A stretch of DNA of 64,000 nt from a virus, in IMG/VR virus record IMGVR_UViG_3300014152_000001, positions 41,749 through 105,748 of that record, one strand, 5' to 3'. The translations under genes were made by a program, and so were the position numbers. Positions 59,294-64,000 of this stretch are shown here, in pieces. Position 1 is the stretch's first letter. Every line of letters starts with the position of its first letter. Under the pieces are notes generated by a model. The model made no database searches and was not told the origin of the DNA. It saw only the letters and a program-made list of their open reading frames with translations.

Positions 59294-61141
59294 ATGGCTG
59301 AGAAAGAAGAGGACAAACCAAGAGACAATGTTATCACCGGAGCTCTGAAGCGTCTGGGATTCATCTCAGACCCGCCAAACAATCTGTTGACGGGAAAGGG
59401 ATTGAGCGACCCAACTGCTCAGGCTTCTTATAAGCCACCCTTAGAGTCCCAACTTGGGCAGATTGACAGAGGCGAGGCGTGGTGGAGAGACTTTGCTTGG
59501 GAAGAGTATGCGACCAAAGACTTGCCCGGTCTCGGTCTAGGCTTTACAGTCTATCCGTATGTTGCCGTTTGGGAGAAGATATGGGGAGCCGTCCCTACCG
59601 AAGACTATGAGAAGTATAAACAATACTACGTTCAGGAACCGTTCATTAGAGCCACGATAGACTTCCATACTCAGATGACCATTTCACAGGGTTATGAGTT
59701 GGACTATCCTCTGGATACTGTAGTGAAGGATGTCAAGGCTTTCCTCGACAGACACGACTTCATCAACCTGCTTAAGATAATGGTAAAGGATATGCTAGTC
59801 TTCGGCAACTCCTACACAGAAGTTGTGAGGACTTGGTTCTGTCATGAGACAGGTCACGACCTAACCGAACTGAGAATTTCTTACGAGACAGAAGGGAAGG
59901 ATGGTGGACCGGGATACTGGTGGACAGACAGAGTAGACATTGCTGATAAGCACAACAAACTCTATCCTACCCACAAGTTGGAGAACCCCTATGGTGAGAT
60001 TACCCGCTTCAAGCCACTAGACCCCATGTATATGAGAGTCAGAAGGGACGCTTACGGAACCATCCTTGGGTATGTCCAGTATTACGTCTTCCCGCTAGTC
60101 ACCTTCCTTGCAGACGAGATAGTTCATCTGAGATATATGCCTACCTCTTGGACTTATGAGTCGGTCTACGGTGTATCAATGCTACGCCCTATTCTCTTCC
60201 ATCAGGAGTTGATGAAGAACTATGAGCAGACGATGGGAGCCATCATGAATGTCTTCCTGAAGCCCATGTTCCTAGTCCACGTTGGCACATCAGATAACGG
60301 CCTACCAACGGCAGAAGTCACCAACCAACAGTATCAGTCAGTGAGGAGATACTTCCAGTCTAGCCAACCCGGACAGTCCATCGTAATCAGAGCCTCAAGC
60401 CCAGTAAAGGTAGAGCCAATCAACCCACCCATTGACAGGATGCAGACCACAGCGTTCTGGCTTCAGTGGCTCCACAACATGAGAACCTACGCCCTCTCCG
60501 TTCCAAAGTTCTTTACCGACCCTGCTGGATTGAACAGAGCCACAGCCCAGACTGTAGAGAGGGGATATTTCACGTTCATCAGTTCCAACCGCCAGTCCTT
60601 GAACAGCCAACTAGAGAGGAGCATCATGATAATGGTAATGCGGTCTATCTATGGTAAGATTGCAGACGAACTCATCCATGAGTATGATGTGCCCAAGTTC
60701 ATCTGGAAACCAGTGAAAGAGGACTCTCTAGAAGACAAGGCAAAGACTTATCTACCCCTCTATGCAAGCCGTATCCTGACCAGAGATGAAGTCAGAAAAG
60801 CACTCGGCTTCGAGCCATTGAATGAGGAAGAATTGGAGAAGGAGATAGGCGAGACAATGCCACCTATGGCCCAGACAGGAGCAGGAGCACCCGGTATGAC
60901 AAGAGAGGGAACACCCACCTTCGGTAGTCCAGATGAAAAGATGGCTACACGACCCCCTGACGAGAAGATGATACCAGACGAAGGGGCGGCACCAGAATGG
61001 GGAGCAGACATGGCAGAGAAGACCGAGCAAGGAGAAAGATTAGATGAGATGGAAGACGCGATTTCGGACCTCAGACAAGAGTTCCAAAAGAAACTACATG
61101 AAGCAGAGATGGAGATAGATAACAATGAAAAGAGAACATAA
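59294..61141 (+). CDS. portal protein
   Basis: DMLVFGNSY.E, LDP..MRV.RD..G....YVQ, EIVHLR...YGVS.L, ILTRDEVRKALGFEPL. Confidence 0.88.
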   Translation: MAEKEEDKPRDNVITGALKRLGFISDPPNNLLTGKGLSDPTAQASYKPPLESQLGQIDRGEAWWRDFAWEEYATKDLPGLGLGFTVYPYVAVWEKIWGAVPTEDYEKYKQYYVQEPFIRATIDFHTQMTISQGYELDYPLDTVVKDVKAFLDRHDFINLLKIMVKDMLVFGNSYTEVVRTWFCHETGHDLTELRISYETEGKDGGPGYWWTDRVDIADKHNKLYPTHKLENPYGEITRFKPLDPMYMRVRRDAYGTILGYVQYYVFPLVTFLADEIVHLRYMPTSWTYESVYGVSMLRPILFHQELMKNYEQTMGAIMNVFLKPMFLVHVGTSDNGLPTAEVTNQQYQSVRRYFQSSQPGQSIVIRASSPVKVEPINPPIDRMQTTAFWLQWLHNMRTYALSVPKFFTDPAGLNRATAQTVERGYFTFISSNRQSLNSQLERSIMIMVMRSIYGKIADELIHEYDVPKFIWKPVKEDSLEDKAKTYLPLYASRILTRDEVRKALGFEPLNEEELEKEIGETMPPMAQTGAGAPGMTREGTPTFGSPDEKMATRPPDEKMIPDEGAAPEWGADMAEKTEQGERLDEMEDAISDLRQEFQKKLHEAEMEIDNNEKRT

Positions 61142-61303
61142 GACGTTCTACGTCTGCATCCATCATCCCTGCTCTCTCATCTACGAAGAGATTTCCTTCC
61201 TTCTTCATCTTGGCTTTGAACCATGTCCATTATGTGGCTGTGTATTGGGAAGCCACCGCGAACTATAGAATCTTTAAATAGGATGCTACAATAGGGGTTG
61301 GTA

Positions 61304-62149
61304 ATGACAGCAATCAGTATTGAAGAAATGCTCCGCAAATACCCGCCCCTTGCACGATTCAAGGACAACCCAGACGCAGTTCGCCAACTCTATGCAGAAC
61401 TCAATCCCAAGAGAAAACTCTCAGAGTTAGACATAGGAGACTATGTGAATGGGATGGACGTTCTGATTACGAAAGTCATTGGCACATCCTACTATGTGGG
61501 GTGTCCAGTGTGCTTCTACAAGAAAGAAGGAGTAGAGATTGGCACATCATTCGACTGCACCAACATCAAGTGCAACACGCAAAGAGTAGCAACCAAACTT
61601 GTGAAGTGGACACTGCAAGGTGGAGACGAGACAACCAAAGCCATCCTTGACTTCCCGGCCTTCGCCTTCCGATTAGACGATGGAAACAAGTATCTGGCAA
61701 AGGTCGTCAACATCTCAGGGAAAGTGCAGAAACTCACCGACCAAAAACAGGACGGAAAGGTGGTAGGAAAGACACCCATAATCATGGTGCGAGACATGAA
61801 GGTCGTCTCAGACATAAGAGACCCTGAAACAGACACTCTCGCAACTCAGATTACGAAGTCTACGTTGGCAGAAGCAGTTGAGATACCGCTTGGTGAAGGG
61901 CCAAAGGGTCTTCCCACTCCCCCTGTGTCTCCGGTCACTCCACCCATCTCGACCATTCCAGAAACCAAACTCAAAGCGTTCAACACTTGGATGACCATCA
62001 TGAAGACGGTGACAGAAGCCCAACTGAAGAACCATGTTGAGAGCAATCTCAAGTTGAAGTTGGATGACGTTCTGCCTCTGGTGGACAAGCACTTCCAAGA
62101 CTCGACACAAACAACAGTCTACACGCTGAGACCTGAACCTACACACTAG
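61304..62149 (+). CDS. RPA-like OB-fold protein with zinc finger
   Basis: YYVGCPVC..K...C....C...L.GGDET pattern of the RPA DBD-C. Confidence 0.7.
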   Translation: MTAISIEEMLRKYPPLARFKDNPDAVRQLYAELNPKRKLSELDIGDYVNGMDVLITKVIGTSYYVGCPVCFYKKEGVEIGTSFDCTNIKCNTQRVATKLVKWTLQGGDETTKAILDFPAFAFRLDDGNKYLAKVVNISGKVQKLTDQKQDGKVVGKTPIIMVRDMKVVSDIRDPETDTLATQITKSTLAEAVEIPLGEGPKGLPTPPVSPVTPPISTIPETKLKAFNTWMTIMKTVTEAQLKNHVESNLKLKLDDVLPLVDKHFQDSTQTTVYTLRPEPTH

Positions 62150-62210
62150 GTTCGGGCCTTCCCCTTTTCTGAACACCTTTAAATAGTCCCGTCACTCTTA
62201 TCTTCTTAGT

Positions 62211-63317
62211 ATGCAACCACCGTATCAGCCAGCCACGCCTCAACAGCCAGCCCCGAAGCCGGGTCAGCCGAACTATCCCAACATCGAGAAGTTCAATGAA
62301 GAGGAATGGGGGTCTAAGCGAAAAGGTCAGCCTTGTCCATATCAGCCTTGTGACTATGAGATTGAACAGTATGGTGGCGGGTCTGTGTTTCGAGAACATT
62401 GTAAAGAGACACATCCTGAAATCTATACGGAAATGATGAGAGTAGAGGACTTGTTAGACGATGACACAGCAGTTAAATGTCCAGAGTGTAGAGGAACTGG
62501 TATGAAACCATCAAAGACAGAGGAGCCAGACCCTAGCAATCCAGACAAAGAACTCAATCCTGACCCAGACATCCCAGAACCAGTAGAACCAGACGAGGAC
62601 GGAAAGGAGAAGGAACCCTTCGATGGCAAACCCGTCACAACTGAAGGGCTAGAGGTTCCTGATAAGGTTGAGATACCTGAACGCCTCTACAACGACCTCA
62701 TGATGATGATTGAATACTCCGTCTCTAACGACAATGAAGCGGGTGGCTTCCTTATCGTGGCCGAGCATGGCAACATAGGTGTCGTGGGAGAGCAGTTTGG
62801 GAAGGACAGAGAGATAGTGCTAGAGCCTAACGAAGCACTCCACGAAGGCGAGTCCCTTATCGGCACAGTCCATATGCACCCCGTCACCCCTACCGCAAGC
62901 ACTGGCGATGTATCGGGTTATTTGAACGATGAGAACGAGAAGGTCATGGTGGTGGTAGGGCAGGACAAGTCCATCAACTTCTACTTCAAGACCCCCTTCA
63001 CAGCAGAAGGAGACTACGGAGATGAGATAAGCGACAACTTCGAGCAGGAAGACATGGATATGCTGGCAGAAGGATTTGGCTTCATCTGGTATAGGGGCGA
63101 GGAATCGGACAGGACGGAACTCCATCTCATGTCCAATACGGTAGACAACGTAGAGTTGAACATCGTAGAAGATACTTGGCCCGTTGAAGACTTGATAAAG
63201 GGGATAGGAATCAAGGGCCGACCCGACATACCTGAAGATTACTCTCAAAAGAAAACTCCACTTAAACTACAGATACCATTCTCTTTTAAGTGTAATGACC
63301 ATTTATTGAAGGGTTAA
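62211..63317 (+). CDS. JAB/MPN+ (JAMM) metallo-isopeptidase with N-terminal Zn fingers
   Basis: NEAGGFL...IGTVHMHP....STGD, matching E-xn-HxH-x7-S-xx-D-like spacing. Confidence 0.8.
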   Translation: MQPPYQPATPQQPAPKPGQPNYPNIEKFNEEEWGSKRKGQPCPYQPCDYEIEQYGGGSVFREHCKETHPEIYTEMMRVEDLLDDDTAVKCPECRGTGMKPSKTEEPDPSNPDKELNPDPDIPEPVEPDEDGKEKEPFDGKPVTTEGLEVPDKVEIPERLYNDLMMMIEYSVSNDNEAGGFLIVAEHGNIGVVGEQFGKDREIVLEPNEALHEGESLIGTVHMHPVTPTASTGDVSGYLNDENEKVMVVVGQDKSINFYFKTPFTAEGDYGDEISDNFEQEDMDMLAEGFGFIWYRGEESDRTELHLMSNTVDNVELNIVEDTWPVEDLIKGIGIKGRPDIPEDYSQKKTPLKLQIPFSFKCNDHLLKG

Positions 63318-63806
63318 GATTTGGGGCTTCTCATGTGGACAAACGCCATAAAGTCCTTTACCAATGTTACAACTGAAACACATAACCTGCAAACCCTTTG
63401 GCCAATTGTTCTTCTTTAACCAAGCATAGAAAACAGCAGAGCCACTAATGTTTCTTCCAAGAGCGTCTTTCTTCTGTTTTGCTCCATCATTATTAATGTG
63501 GTCAAGAGTAAGAAGTTCGAGTAAGGTCTCTCCGCAAGGTGGACAAACACATTTTGGATGTTCCCCACCATAATGAGTAAGTGCCTCAATCTTCAATTTC
63601 AGGGCGTTCTCTTTCTTCCATTTGCGTCTATATTCTATCACATCTGGTCTCTTATGGTAAGTCTTTTCATACTGTCTTCGTCTTTCTCGCTCTCTTTCAA
63701 GATGCCTTTGATACCATCCTTTAGCCCAAGTGTGCCTTTGTTCTCGGTGCTCCTCTCGATATTTCTTATCATATTCTTTTCTCTTCTCAGGATTGGCGTA
63801 AGGCAT
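63303..63806 (-). CDS. HNH-family homing endonuclease
   Basis: HYGG..CVC..CGE..LTLDHINNDG...LQVMCFSCN.GK..YG.CPH. Confidence 0.85.
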   Translation of the reverse strand: MPYANPEKRKEYDKKYREEHREQRHTWAKGWYQRHLERERERRRQYEKTYHKRPDVIEYRRKWKKENALKLKIEALTHYGGEHPKCVCPPCGETLLELLTLDHINNDGAKQKKDALGRNISGSAVFYAWLKKNNWPKGLQVMCFSCNIGKGLYGVCPHEKPQILTLQ

Positions 63807-63875
63807 AGATGATTATTAGGAAGTCCAGATATATAAGTCTTAAGGTAACTACCAACTTACCCAGAATCCTAACAA

Positions 63876-63953
63876 TACTCGACCAAGAAGACCCCACTGA
63901 GGTTGCAAATTCCATTCGCTTTCCATTGCAAAGATGGAAGACTTACAGGTTGA
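63876..63953 (+). pseudogene. orphaned original 3' end of the JAB gene
   Basis: YSTKKTPLRLQIPFAFHCKDGRLTG* vs YSQKKTPLKLQIPFSFKCNDHLLKG* (63240-63317); both 78 nt. Confidence 0.9.
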
Positions 63954-64000
63954 AGGATATAGTATATACCCCTTATTCAGAACCTTTATTAGAGATGAAG

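Noticed and set aside
1-64000. tRNA/rRNA genes, integrase, terminase, DNA polymerase, reverse transcriptase/DGR, alternative genetic code
   Set aside because: None was recognised by eye, and genes read through normally with the standard code. tRNAscan-SE and HMM searches would be needed to exclude them.

Overview
The window is part of the genome of a tailed (HK97-fold, Caudoviricetes-like) virus of archaea. It contains a portal, prohead protease, scaffold, capsid cement and major capsid protein, plus tail/fibre and Ig-repeat proteins. An archaeal host is indicated by TATA-box promoters about 20-25 nt before many start codons, an archaeal-type ribosomal protein uS2, a single-OB SSB and an RPA-like protein. 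No terminase, DNA polymerase or tRNA gene was recognised. The main finding is an RNA-guided system at 53.2-55.5 kb. A metallophosphoesterase gene is coupled to a Nop/IS110-C-terminal-like protein that lacks RuvC and carries a Cys-rich insertion. Directly after it lies a 10-unit, 36/37-nt dual-repeat, dual-spacer array (TGCGAGCCA-N9-TGAYACCCA-N9) ending in a hairpin. This matches TIGR-Tas architecture, with a TasA-like protein in an unusual variant. Other notable observations: (1) about 12 free-standing homing endonucleases, three of them inserted into the 3' end of a gene together with a recoded replacement C-terminus; (2) an amidoligase / class II glutamine amidotransferase / ATP-grasp cluster whose GATase seems to need an ATC start; (3) an N-terminal peptide M(S/A)LANQK(E/Q)L shared by unrelated small proteins; (4) a JAB/MPN+ isopeptidase; (5) a TATA-rich region with ORB-like motifs near 33 kb. 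All calls come from motif recognition by eye; no searches were run.
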